Part shown: positions 51,303 through 60,399 of the stretch, one piece after another
How the letters are laid out: each line of letters starts with the position of its first letter
How positions within the stretch are numbered: position 1 is the first letter of the stretch
Source: a virus
Reading direction: 5' to 3' (one strand)
DNA: 64,000 nucleotides
Virus record (IMG/VR): IMGVR_UViG_3300010413_000004
Location: 52,803-116,802 of that record
Position numbers and translations under genes: made by a program
Notes under the pieces: generated by a model
The model's input: the letters and a program-made list of their open reading frames with translations, nothing else
The model's database searches: none
Told to the model about the DNA's origin: nothing

Positions 51303-51357
51303 TATGAACCTCCTGTTGGTTGGTTTTTGAGAGGATACAAATATATTTATGGCAAAT

Positions 51358-51390
51358 AAAAAGAGCGTTAGAGATTAACTCTAACGCTCT
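51358..51390 (-). terminator. Terminator of the prkA operon
   Basis: AGAGCGTTAGAG-TTAAT-CTCTAACGCTCT-TTTT. Confidence 0.8.
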
Positions 51391-51417
51391 CATATTTAAG
51401 AGATTTTCAATTGATAA

Positions 51418-52959
51418 TTATACGTCTGGTTCATCAGATACATAATAATCATATGTTACCTCTCCATCTTTTAGTCCAATCACTACTTTTACGTCGCCTG
51501 TAATGGAATCAACCGATTCGAGTGTGACATCGTACCCCCACAAAAATGAAATGTAACGTAGCGTATCAACTGCAGTTTCGGTTGAAAGTGGCCTTCCGTT
51601 AACCATATTGTGTTGCAACCCAAGTCGTCGGTCGCCCCATCTATCAACATCATACACTTGGATATCTGGTATCATCATTCCGATATTGTATTGTTGAGCT
51701 AGAGTATCTCGTACTTTCTTGTATCCTGACTGATTGTGAATGCCTGTAACTTCCAACATTGGATCGCGTTCATCATCCTGTATAGCGAACATTCGGAAAT
51801 CTCTCATCACTTTAGGCGATAGAAACTGCTTAATAAAACTCTCATCTTTGAAGTTCTCTACCGCCCATTTGATAGTTCCTAACCAATCTCCACTGCCAAC
51901 CCACTCTTGATTGGAAAACCACTCACGATCCTCATCAGTGGGGTCGGTTGCTACACGCTCGATGTCACAATACATAGCAAAACCAAGTGCGTAAGGATTG
52001 AAACTATCAAACTTGCGTTGAGTGAGAACGTTGGCGTGCGAATGGTAAAATTCTAACATTGCTCCATGATCGAGAATTCCTTCATCGTGCAAGTCATGAA
52101 TGATCTTATAATGGAAGAACGTTGCGCATCCTTCGTTCATCATCTTTGTTTGATATTGTGGATAGAAATACTGAGAAACCTTGCGAACAATTCTCAGCAA
52201 TTCTCGTTTCCACGTTTCCATGCGAGGTGCATTCTTTTCAATAAAGTATATGATGTTTTCCTGTGGTTCCGAAGGAAAACGTTCACGTTCTGCGTCTTTA
52301 GCTTCGACGCTATCCGTTACGGGAATTGTTCGCCAAATGTCGTTGATTTGAGATTGAAGATAACGCTCGCGTTCTTCTTGAAGCTTTTCTTCTTCTGCAG
52401 CAGACAGCTTCGTCGGACGACTATATTTGTCAACGCCATGCATCTCAATTGCGTGCGCTGCATCAAGTACAGCCTCCACTTCACCAATACCATACATCTC
52501 TTCACATTTGCTCACATATCGTTTTGCGAACAGAAGATAGTCGATAATGCCTTCAGCGTCTGTCCATTGTTTGAACAGGTAGTTGTTCTTAAAGAAGAAG
52601 TTGTGACCAAAAGCAGCATGAGCGATAACCAGCGTTTGCATCAACATCGTGTTCTCTTCCATAAGATATGAAATGCAGGGATTGGAGTTGATTACAATCT
52701 CATATGCAAGGCCCATGTAACCACGTTTGTATGCTTCAGTTTGCTTAACAAACTGCTCGCCGTGTGACCAGTGAGGATAGAAAACAGGAAGCCCATGAGA
52801 TGTGTACGCATCCAACATTTGCTCGGAAGAAATAATTTCGAGCTGATTGGGGTACACATCAAGATCGTACTTGGACTTGGCAATTCGTTCGATGTGCTCG
52901 TACACATCCTCAACGTCACCAAACGTCCATTCTTGTCCCGATTTAATTTTAAGTGTCAT
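51418..52959 (-). CDS. spoVR: SpoVR/YcgB family protein
   Basis: 'YPNQLEIISSEQMLDAY', 'GLAYEIVINSNPCISYLMEENT', 'HAAFGHN.FFKNN', 'TKMMNEGCA', 'NPYALGF'; start reassigned to MTLKIK. Confidence 0.95.
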   Translation of the reverse strand: MTLKIKSGQEWTFGDVEDVYEHIERIAKSKYDLDVYPNQLEIISSEQMLDAYTSHGLPVFYPHWSHGEQFVKQTEAYKRGYMGLAYEIVINSNPCISYLMEENTMLMQTLVIAHAAFGHNFFFKNNYLFKQWTDAEGIIDYLLFAKRYVSKCEEMYGIGEVEAVLDAAHAIEMHGVDKYSRPTKLSAAEEEKLQEERERYLQSQINDIWRTIPVTDSVEAKDAERERFPSEPQENIIYFIEKNAPRMETWKRELLRIVRKVSQYFYPQYQTKMMNEGCATFFHYKIIHDLHDEGILDHGAMLEFYHSHANVLTQRKFDSFNPYALGFAMYCDIERVATDPTDEDREWFSNQEWVGSGDWLGTIKWAVENFKDESFIKQFLSPKVMRDFRMFAIQDDERDPMLEVTGIHNQSGYKKVRDTLAQQYNIGMMIPDIQVYDVDRWGDRRLGLQHNMVNGRPLSTETAVDTLRYISFLWGYDVTLESVDSITGDVKVVIGLKDGEVTYDYYVSDEPDV

Positions 52960-52969
52960 GAGATTCCTC

Positions 52970-54274
52970 TTATGCTTTCTTTTCAAAAAGGCTTCTGAAA
53001 ATGGGATAAATGTCTGATACGTCATTTATCATTGACATTTCAAAATGACCAAAGCTGCTACGTAGCTTTTCGTAGTATGGCCACAAGTCACTTTCACCTT
53101 CGTGTTGATGTCGATCGACCTCAACATATGCGAAAAATTGACTTTTTGGAAGGATGCTACTCTTCATGATGTCAATTACTTCCAGGTTGTCTTGGCCCCA
53201 GTTGTCCCCATCAGAAATTTGACACCCAAAGATGTTCCATTGATTAATTGGGTATCGTTCTTTGATAATGTCGCTCATCAACTCAAGTGCTGAAGAAACT
53301 AAAGTGCCACCAGTTTCTTTTGAGTAGAAGAACTCTTCCTCTGATACTTCTGAAGCTCGAGTGTGATGTCGAATCCAAACGATATCAACTTTTTCATAAT
53401 TGCGTTCCAAGAATAGGTATAACAACATGAAGAAACGTTTAGCCATTTCCTTTTCCCATTCGCCCATACTTGCAGAAACGTCCATAATGCCAAACATAAC
53501 AGCTTGGGTGGTTGGGACAGGAGTCTTTTCCCAACGATTGAATCGAAGATCAACATCATCGATGAAAGGAACTGCTTTCATCTTACGTTTGAGAACTTCT
53601 ATTTCCTTTTTGATTTCTTCAATGCGACATATGATCTTGGTATCTTGCTCTTCATCATTAGTTGGCAAACTATCTTCAAGTGATGCCAATTCCTCTTCGA
53701 GTTTTTTGATCTTTTTCTTGAATGGAGATCGCAAGCCAAGTTTACGAGCTTTAGCTTGCTTAAGAGAACGAACAATGTTCATCCGGCTTGGATTTCCATC
53801 GACAGAAAAGCCTGCACGATGGTACTCGAACTCGTTTACTTTGGAAATATCTTTTTTGACTAAGTCAGGAAGTTCTAGATCCTCGAAGAAGATGTCCAAG
53901 AATTCGTCTTTCGTGAGGTGGAAAATGAACTCATCTTCACCTTCACCATCGGGAGATCCTTTCTTTCCACCTCCTCCATCTGCTTCGGGTGGGCGAGATA
54001 CTCTGTCACCTTGGTTGTATTTGTCATTCCCTGGATACGTTCGATCAACGATTCCACCTTTTTTATCATGCGAAAACGTTGGTTGTTCCAACCCTTTGCC
54101 AGGGATGCTAATCTTTTTGCCTTTGTCGCTTGTGATGTCACGTACATTTCCATCACGAATAGCATCCTTGACAGCGTCGCGAACTTGTTGCTTGACTCGT
54201 CGCATGAATCGACGACGATTGTCTGTACTTTTACCCTTGTCGTTCTTGCGTCTGTCTATTACTGTATGGGACAT
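52970..54274 (-). CDS. yeaH: YeaH/YhbH (DUF444) vWA-domain protein
   Basis: 'IDRR.N.KGKS..NR.RF', 'FEDLELP'; MIDAS 'DVSASM'; 'GGTLVSSA'; 'SDGDNW'. Confidence 0.95.
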   Translation of the reverse strand: MSHTVIDRRKNDKGKSTDNRRRFMRRVKQQVRDAVKDAIRDGNVRDITSDKGKKISIPGKGLEQPTFSHDKKGGIVDRTYPGNDKYNQGDRVSRPPEADGGGGKKGSPDGEGEDEFIFHLTKDEFLDIFFEDLELPDLVKKDISKVNEFEYHRAGFSVDGNPSRMNIVRSLKQAKARKLGLRSPFKKKIKKLEEELASLEDSLPTNDEEQDTKIICRIEEIKKEIEVLKRKMKAVPFIDDVDLRFNRWEKTPVPTTQAVMFGIMDVSASMGEWEKEMAKRFFMLLYLFLERNYEKVDIVWIRHHTRASEVSEEEFFYSKETGGTLVSSALELMSDIIKERYPINQWNIFGCQISDGDNWGQDNLEVIDIMKSSILPKSQFFAYVEVDRHQHEGESDLWPYYEKLRSSFGHFEMSMINDVSDIYPIFRSLFEKKA

Positions 54275-54277
54275 GAA

Positions 54278-54478
54278 TTATCCTTCAATACTGGTTTGGC
54301 CTGTTAGTAGCTCAAACTCTTTTAGTATCTTCTTCTTGGTTCGTTTAAGATTCCGCAGCGGAAAGATACATCGATTGTATAGTCTACTAACTCGCTGGCC
54401 AGTGTTGCTGGTTCCGACGAGCAATTGATGCTCGTCGCCAGCTAAACCGCAGTAAGTATGAAACTTAACTGTAAGCAT
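54278..54478 (-). CDS. Small basic hypothetical protein inserted in the prkA operon
   Basis: 66 aa; TAATG overlap with the prkA stop codon. Confidence 0.5.
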   Translation of the reverse strand: MLTVKFHTYCGLAGDEHQLLVGTSNTGQRVSRLYNRCIFPLRNLKRTKKKILKEFELLTGQTSIEG

Positions 54479-56430
54479 TAGTTGTGCTTACGGTAGCGCA
54501 TGAACCACTCTACAGCCAGTCGAACCTGCTTTTTGGTATAACCCTTGTCGATCATTCGCTGAACGAAGTCGTTGTGCTTCTCTTCCTCTTCTTTCGATGC
54601 TTTCTTGCTGAAGGAAATTACGGGAAGCAGTTCTTCGGTGTTGGCAAACATCTTCTTCTCGATGATTTCAGCCAGCTTGGAGTAAGAAGTCCAAGCTGGA
54701 CTCTTTCCACCATTGGCCGCTTTTGCGCGAAGAACGAAACCGACAACTTCATTTCGGAAGTCTTTTGGATTCATGATGCCAGCAGGCTTTTCGATTTTTT
54801 CCAGTTCAGCATTCAGAGAACTACGATCAAATAGTTCGCCAGTGTCTGGGTCACGGTAATCAGAATCTTGCAGCCAGAAGTCAGCGTACTGAATGTAGCG
54901 GTCGAACAGATTCTGACCATACTCGGCGTAGCTTTCGAGGTACGCTTTCTGGAGTTCATCACCAAGGAACTCAGCATACTTCGGTGCAAGGACACCTTTG
55001 ATGAAGGAGATGCGACGATCTTCCTCTTCGGCAGGCAGTTGCTCTTGCATTACCTGCTTCTCCAGCACATACATTAGGTGGATTGGATTAGCAGCAACTT
55101 CTTCGGAGTCGTAGTTGAACACTTTGGACAGGATCTTGAATGCAAAGCGAGTGGATGAACCTTCCATTCCTTCATTGACCCCAGCTGCATCGCGATACTC
55201 TTCAAGAGATTTCGCTTGTGGATCACGGTCTTTCAGATTCTTGCCGTCATAAATCTCCATCTTAGAGAATAGCTGACTGTTTTCAGGTTCAACCAGACGA
55301 GTCAGCACTGAGTACTGTGCCATCATTTCGATGGTGCCAGGAGCGCAGTTTGCATTTTTCAGTTCAGAACTTGCGACCAGCTTCTTGTAGATTTCTGACT
55401 CTTCGGTAACACGGAGGCAGTAAGGTACTTTAACGATGTTGACACGATCCAAGAACGCTTCGTTGTTCTTGTTGTTACGGAACGTCTGCCACTCAGATTC
55501 GTTTGAGTGAGCAAGAATGATGCCCTGGAACGGGATCGCTCCAAACTGCTCAGTACCGTTGTAGTGGCCTTCTTGTGTTGCAGTTAGAAGAGGGTGCAGC
55601 ATTTTGATTGGAGCCTTGAACATTTCAACAAACTCGAGAATGCCTTGAGTGGTAACATTCAAGCCACCAGCCCAGTTGTAAGCATCTGGATCATGCTGTT
55701 CATACTCTTCGAGTTCACGAATGTTGACTTTACCAACAAGGGATGAAATGTCTTGGTTATTTTCATCACCAGGCTCAACTTTGGTGATGCCTGTTTGTTT
55801 CAGAATGGAAGGCCAGACTTTGACGACCTTAAATTTGGTGATGTCACCATTTGCTTCTTCGAGACGTTTTACGGCCCAAGGAGACATGATGGACTTGAGG
55901 TAACGAGAAGGAATCCCAAACTCCCTTTCGATGTCAGCACCATCTTCTGCTACATCAAACAAACCGAGTGGAGACTCGAGTGCTGGGGAGACTTCCCAGC
56001 GATCACGACCCTTGTTATATGCTTGGATCGTGTAAATAGGAACACGCTGCATCAGCTCTTTGAGTCGCTCTGATAGAGACGACTTACCACCACCTACAGG
56101 ACCAAGCAGATAGAGGATCTGCTTTGATTCTTCAAGACCTTGTGCAGCGTGTTTGAAGAAAGAAACGATCTGTTCGATGGTATCTTCCATTCCATAGAAA
56201 TCATTGAAGGCGGGGTAGATTTTGATCTTTCGATTGGTGAAGATTCGGCTCAGACGTTCGTCTTTGCGAGTGTCAACAACGGTCGGCTCACCAATGGCCT
56301 CGATCATTCGCTCCGCTGCTGTGGCATACATCATTTTGTCGTCAGCACACCCTTGGAGATACTCTTCAATTGTCATCTCTTCGGATTGGCGTGTTTCATA
56401 ACGACTTTGATACTTCGAAAATATACTCAT
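54478..56430 (-). CDS. yeaG: PrkA/YeaG AAA+ serine kinase
   Basis: 'HAAQGLEESKQILYLLGPVGGGKSSL', 'EPGDENNQDIS.LVGKV', 'EFVEMFKAPIK.LHPLLTATQE', 'NNEAFLDR'. Confidence 0.97.
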   Translation of the reverse strand: MSIFSKYQSRYETRQSEEMTIEEYLQGCADDKMMYATAAERMIEAIGEPTVVDTRKDERLSRIFTNRKIKIYPAFNDFYGMEDTIEQIVSFFKHAAQGLEESKQILYLLGPVGGGKSSLSERLKELMQRVPIYTIQAYNKGRDRWEVSPALESPLGLFDVAEDGADIEREFGIPSRYLKSIMSPWAVKRLEEANGDITKFKVVKVWPSILKQTGITKVEPGDENNQDISSLVGKVNIRELEEYEQHDPDAYNWAGGLNVTTQGILEFVEMFKAPIKMLHPLLTATQEGHYNGTEQFGAIPFQGIILAHSNESEWQTFRNNKNNEAFLDRVNIVKVPYCLRVTEESEIYKKLVASSELKNANCAPGTIEMMAQYSVLTRLVEPENSQLFSKMEIYDGKNLKDRDPQAKSLEEYRDAAGVNEGMEGSSTRFAFKILSKVFNYDSEEVAANPIHLMYVLEKQVMQEQLPAEEEDRRISFIKGVLAPKYAEFLGDELQKAYLESYAEYGQNLFDRYIQYADFWLQDSDYRDPDTGELFDRSSLNAELEKIEKPAGIMNPKDFRNEVVGFVLRAKAANGGKSPAWTSYSKLAEIIEKKMFANTEELLPVISFSKKASKEEEEKHNDFVQRMIDKGYTKKQVRLAVEWFMRYRKHN

Positions 56431-56470
56431 ATGGGCTGTTCCTCTTTGTTTATCCTGTTAGGTGTTTAAT

Positions 56471-56498
56471 AATATACAGAGTTTTTCTCTTAAGTCAA
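56471..56498 (-). promoter_or_regulatory. Sigma70-like promoter of the prkA operon
   Basis: TTGACT-N16-TATATT. Confidence 0.6.
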
Positions 56499-56514
56499 CG
56501 TTCATCGATTGTTG

Positions 56515-57291
56515 TCATGTCCACATAGATTCGCGCGCATCGATGATTTTCTTCATCATTTCGGTATCTTCGTTGCGGTAAAACGTTTCAAGAAAATTAA
56601 TATCTTCCAATATCTCTCGAACGTGTTCTTTGTCTTCATCATCGTCGTCATCATCGCCGAAAAGATCTCTTCCTTCGCAGTATTCGGACCATCCTGTAAC
56701 TTCATGGACATCTGGCCGCTTTGGTCGCTGGTCCTTCCACCACAAATACACTTCTTTAACTACTTTTGCTGCATCGGATTGGAGGGAATATTCATCACCC
56801 AATTTTATTTCCCAGTCCAAATAAGCGAGCCCAGCAGCTCTTCGATCTTTGATAATTGGGATTTCTTGAAGGTAACATGCTGTATCATTCCTGTTTGCTT
56901 TTTGGCCTTCTACAAAATCAACAACTACTTGCATGATTCCGTGTAGGAGAACCTCATCAACTTCGTGCCAATCGCCTTTTTTGAGATCAGTCACAATTAA
57001 GTGAGTCTTATCAACGAAGCGGTTAATGATATAACGTCGAACGTTTTTATAAACATCATACGGAAAATATATGAAGTTCTGAACCATGTCAAACCCTTCT
57101 TCAGTAATCCAAAAGATAGATGGATTCACCTTTTTGTTGTGAGCATCAAGCTCTCTCCAACCTTTGGATGTAGCAAATGGTGGTTGTTTCTTCATTCCAA
57201 CCAATTGTTGAATTTTGTGCGAGAGTTTGGAGTTGCTCCAATAGTTTGATCTGATGCGATAACCTACAAGGAATCTATAAAGTTTTTTCAT
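56515..57291 (-). CDS. Hypothetical phage protein
   Basis: 258 aa; 'G.W......LLH.....VDFVE...YLWWK..RP.R...MWT'; TTGACT-N17-TATACT immediately upstream. Confidence 0.7.
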   Translation of the reverse strand: MKKLYRFLVGYRIRSNYWSNSKLSHKIQQLVGMKKQPPFATSKGWRELDAHNKKVNPSIFWITEEGFDMVQNFIYFPYDVYKNVRRYIINRFVDKTHLIVTDLKKGDWHEVDEVLLHGIMQVVVDFVEGQKANRNDTACYLQEIPIIKDRRAAGLAYLDWEIKLGDEYSLQSDAAKVVKEVYLWWKDQRPKRPDVHEVTGWSEYCEGRDLFGDDDDDDEDKEHVREILEDINFLETFYRNEDTEMMKKIIDARESMWT

Positions 57292-57324
57292 GCGGTAAGT
57301 ATACTAGGGAAAAATTAGGAAGTC

Positions 57325-57350
57325 AAAAAAAAGCCGCTAGGCGGCTTTTT
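57325..57350 (-). terminator. Intrinsic terminator
   Basis: AAAAAGCCGC-CTA-GCGGCTTTTTTT. Confidence 0.8.
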
Positions 57351-57921
57351 AAGATAGTCCTTTTTCAAGGATGGTTCGTTCATGGTCAGTATCTCGATTA
57401 ATAGCGTCTTCCGAAGTGAATTTATCGGGGAATCTCGCTTTCAGCTTGTTTATAACAGTGTCCAAAACACTTTCCCATTCAAGATCAAGCTCGTCGAGGA
57501 TAATGTTTTCATACCAGTTACAGTCACCAATCTCCTCCCCAACGTTGACCCAATCAATTTCTTTTCCGTCTGCAGCAGATGCTAGTGCTTGAGTCAGCGC
57601 CTCAACGAGTTCTGTCGATTCTGTACACATACCGATGATGCCATGGAACAGTCTTGTGTTGGTATCAATAGCAGTGTGACCTTCTACAGGGCTGAGATCA
57701 TCAAGTTGCGTCAATGCCTGCCTTGCTTTTGCTTTGTGATCAGACCACTTCAACAAATCATATGGTTTCCCGTAATAAGCATTCTTTTTGATCTGATCAA
57801 GCATATTGCCGATGCTAATATATGCTTCTAGCAGGCTATGTAAGGCTTGTTCATTGACACGAACTTCATCGATAACACTTTCGGTCCGAAGACCATTTGG
57901 TTTAAATGTCTTGAGATCCAT
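57349..57921 (-). CDS. MazG-like NTP pyrophosphatase
   Basis: 'HGIIG..TE..EL...NVGEEIGDCNWY...NKLKARFPDKF...AINRD...ER'. Confidence 0.8.
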   Translation of the reverse strand: MDLKTFKPNGLRTESVIDEVRVNEQALHSLLEAYISIGNMLDQIKKNAYYGKPYDLLKWSDHKAKARQALTQLDDLSPVEGHTAIDTNTRLFHGIIGMCTESTELVEALTQALASAADGKEIDWVNVGEEIGDCNWYENIILDELDLEWESVLDTVINKLKARFPDKFTSEDAINRDTDHERTILEKGLS

Positions 57922-57929
57922 GATGTTCC

Positions 57930-58247
57930 TTACTTGCGGTTGACACGTCGTGCTACTTTTTGCGCTTTGCGCTTTGCCTTGCGTGTCGCTCGTGTGGGTT
58001 GCTTACGCGTGAAAATCGCCTGAGAAATTCCAAGGTCGGCCCTCATGCGGCCTGCTTGTTCTTTGGTTAGGCTTCCATTAGCAACAGCTGCTGCCAGCGC
58101 CCGTACCATTTCAGATTTGGTTGGTTTAATGGAAGAGGTCGGATCTTGGACTACCTCAGCATCCTCAGTAATGGTAACATCATCTACAAGTACGCCTTCG
58201 ACCGTAGTACCGTCTGTTACATCTGTATCATAAATTTCTGGATTCAT
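57930..58247 (-). CDS. Hypothetical protein with acidic N-terminus and very basic C-terminus
   Basis: Tail '...RKAKRKAQKVARRVNRK'. Confidence 0.6.
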   Translation of the reverse strand: MNPEIYDTDVTDGTTVEGVLVDDVTITEDAEVVQDPTSSIKPTKSEMVRALAAAVANGSLTKEQAGRMRADLGISQAIFTRKQPTRATRKAKRKAQKVARRVNRK

Positions 58248-58261
58248 TAAGTGTTCCTATT

Positions 58262-58927
58262 CTAGTTATAGTTTGGATTTTTTGTTATCTTCTTTTTAAT
58301 ACGGGACTTCTTAAATGTAGAAAGTTCATCTACAAACACCTTCCCGTTGAGGTGATCAATTTCGTGTTGGATAGCAAATGCTTCCATTCCTTGAAATTTT
58401 TGTGTAACAGTCTTACCATACGTGTTTTTGTACTCAACGACAACGTGCCTTGGTCGTTCTCGACGTTCAAAGTGGCCTGGGACAGACAAACATCCTTCTT
58501 CGGTGGAAAACTTATCTTCGGTTGATGCTTGAACTATCTTGGGATTGATCATTACCACCGTACGCATCGTTCTCGTAAACGCATACAATTCCACAACGAT
58601 CACATTCAACGATATACCAACTTGAGGCGCTGCCAACCCAAGACCATTGCATTTACGCATTGTAAAAGCCATGTCCATAATCAGTTGGCCCAAATCATCA
58701 TCAAATGTTGTGACGTCTTCACACTGTTGCGACAATACTTTATTTGGCCAAATAACAATTGGTCGTTGCTTTGCTTTGAGATGGCGAGAAACACCAAGCA
58801 CATCTGGGTTGGGAGTTGCTGCAGGTGGAGCTGTGTTCACAGTTGGATAGGCCGTTGTAGGTTCCTGGAACGAAATAGTGGCGGAAGTATCCGCCACTAT
58901 TTCTGGAACTATTGATGAATTCTTCAT
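58262..58927 (-). CDS. def: Peptide deformylase
   Basis: 'GLGLAAPQVG', 'EGCLSVP', 'QHEIDHLNG'. Confidence 0.96.
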   Translation of the reverse strand: MKNSSIVPEIVADTSATISFQEPTTAYPTVNTAPPAATPNPDVLGVSRHLKAKQRPIVIWPNKVLSQQCEDVTTFDDDLGQLIMDMAFTMRKCNGLGLAAPQVGISLNVIVVELYAFTRTMRTVVMINPKIVQASTEDKFSTEEGCLSVPGHFERRERPRHVVVEYKNTYGKTVTQKFQGMEAFAIQHEIDHLNGKVFVDELSTFKKSRIKKKITKNPNYN

Positions 58928-59499
58928 TGCAACAGTCTACTATCTTTTGGAACTTGTTTCAACAAGAATTCCATTTGATCAGATAGAATTTTTTTGTTCT
59001 GAAGAATCAACCACTCAGCTCGATTTGGAACATAAGGAAGATACAACAATTCCATTCCAGCTTCGGTCAGCAGTTTGTTGTCCTTCACTTTGTTGCACGA
59101 ACTGCAAGCTGTCACAACGTTCATCCACGTGTTCTTTCCACCACGTGATGTTGGGTGGATGTGATCACGTGTCAATTGAGACGCTGAGAACGTGTGTCCA
59201 CAGTATGCGCACATATTTTGGTCACGACGAAACAGAGTTCTGTTGTTCAAAGGTACGCGATTGTAGTGTAACATTGCTTTTGGGCTTAATTTACCATTGA
59301 CGGCGATGATCGTATTGATCGTCAATTTGGACTGTTCTCCAGTAGCAGCACATGTACCGCCAAAAACGTCAAATTCTACGGCACCCATTGACCAAATAAC
59401 ATTACCTTTTGCTTCATGGTAACAAGCATCCTCATATGAAATCCATTGTTGCGGAATACCTGAAATATCAAGTTGCAATACTAGTGGAAATTCTCTCAT
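58924..59499 (-). CDS. HNH endonuclease (McrA-like)
   Basis: 'LFRRDQNMCAYCG...TRDHIHP.SRGG...W.NVVTACSSCN..K'; own promoter TTGACT-N18-TATAGT (59598-59627). Confidence 0.92.
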   Translation of the reverse strand: MREFPLVLQLDISGIPQQWISYEDACYHEAKGNVIWSMGAVEFDVFGGTCAATGEQSKLTINTIIAVNGKLSPKAMLHYNRVPLNNRTLFRRDQNMCAYCGHTFSASQLTRDHIHPTSRGGKNTWMNVVTACSSCNKVKDNKLLTEAGMELLYLPYVPNRAEWLILQNKKILSDQMEFLLKQVPKDSRLLQ

Positions 59500-59662
59500 G
59501 TTATATTCCTTTTAATAAAATCTAAAATTTTCCCGCAGTTGAACGCTTAACTATTAAAAGTATATATGTCCTTTGAACTGGAACATATAGCTTGAATACT
59601 ATAACACAATACTGCATGATAAGTCAACGTGTAACTACAGGAAATCAAATCAGCCAACCGCT

Positions 59663-60178
59663 TTACATAAACTCGGCAACATCTTCAAACGTCTTAATTT
59701 TCTCACCGCTTCGAATGCGCGTTGCGATCTCTTTTCCAATGGTGTAATCTGCACACCAATATGTTGGAGCGATAAACTTGAGGGCTGCCAACATTTCGAT
59801 TGTGATCGTTTTATTAAACGGTTCGAGGAATCTTTGCACAGATCGGACCGCGTAATCAGGTAATTGATTTTCTGGATCGACGATTTTTTTGGCACATCTG
59901 ATCATATGCCCCAGTTGTTTCCCTGCCCTGGCGTATCCATGGTTGATCGTCGCTCCATTGACAAGACAGTTGTATTTTGTCTTGAGGCTGAATCCCCGAT
60001 ACGCAGGGCGACCGCGAAGTAGATTGTATAGGATGAAGTGTTCTGCCTGTACCCAGCCGACGAAACGTTCGCCGGAAGAACCAGTGGTGGTTTTAGCTTT
60101 GTTGCTGTTGACTGCAGCAGACCAAGCTGCACGGAAGTTAAGATATTGTTCTTTAGTTTCAAAAAATGTATTAGTCAT
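59663..60178 (-). CDS. Hypothetical protein; putative target of the amber-leader switch
   Basis: 171 aa; 'FETKEQYLNFRAAW...HFILYNLLRGRP..RGF...NG'; ACAGGAG SD at 60192-60186 lies inside a hairpin. Confidence 0.75.
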   Translation of the reverse strand: MTNTFFETKEQYLNFRAAWSAAVNSNKAKTTTGSSGERFVGWVQAEHFILYNLLRGRPAYRGFSLKTKYNCLVNGATINHGYARAGKQLGHMIRCAKKIVDPENQLPDYAVRSVQRFLEPFNKTITIEMLAALKFIAPTYWCADYTIGKEIATRIRSGEKIKTFEDVAEFM

Positions 60179-60185
60179 GATGTTT

Positions 60186-60243
60186 CTCCTGTTTTGTAAT
60201 GTATTGTGAAATTAAAATAAGGGTGGGATTTCACACACAGGAG
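60186..60243 (-). promoter_or_regulatory. SD-sequestering hairpin (translational attenuator)
   Basis: CTCCTGT (60243-60237) pairs with SD ACAGGAG (60192-60186); TGTGAAAT (60235-60228) pairs with ATTTCACA (60212-60205). Confidence 0.7.
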
Positions 60244-60292
60244 GTCCACGACTGAGGCAAACCTAATCTTCGGAAGTTTTCATCTTTTTCAT
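60212..60292 (-). CDS. Leader peptide with in-frame amber codon and RGPP arrest-like motif
   Basis: AAAGGAG SD 9 nt upstream; MKKMKTSED-[TAG 60265-60263]-VCLSRGPPVCEIPPLF-TAA. Confidence 0.7.
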
Positions 60293-60399
60293 TTTTATGT
60301 TCTCCTTTGTTATAAAAGTATATATGTTAAAGATCACCGATGTTAAGTCTGATTATGGTTTTCGGTAATCGACCATTTTTGATATTGGAAGGAAAATTA

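Noticed and set aside
53400-54428. 342-aa plus-strand ORF
   Set aside because: Antisense shadow of yeaH with S/F/L-rich composition and no motifs. The many other short antisense or nested ORFs in the track were rejected for the same reason.
58924-59499. Mobile homing endonuclease
   Set aside because: Looks like a cellular McrA-type HNH with its own promoter, coupled to def; no intron or target-site context.
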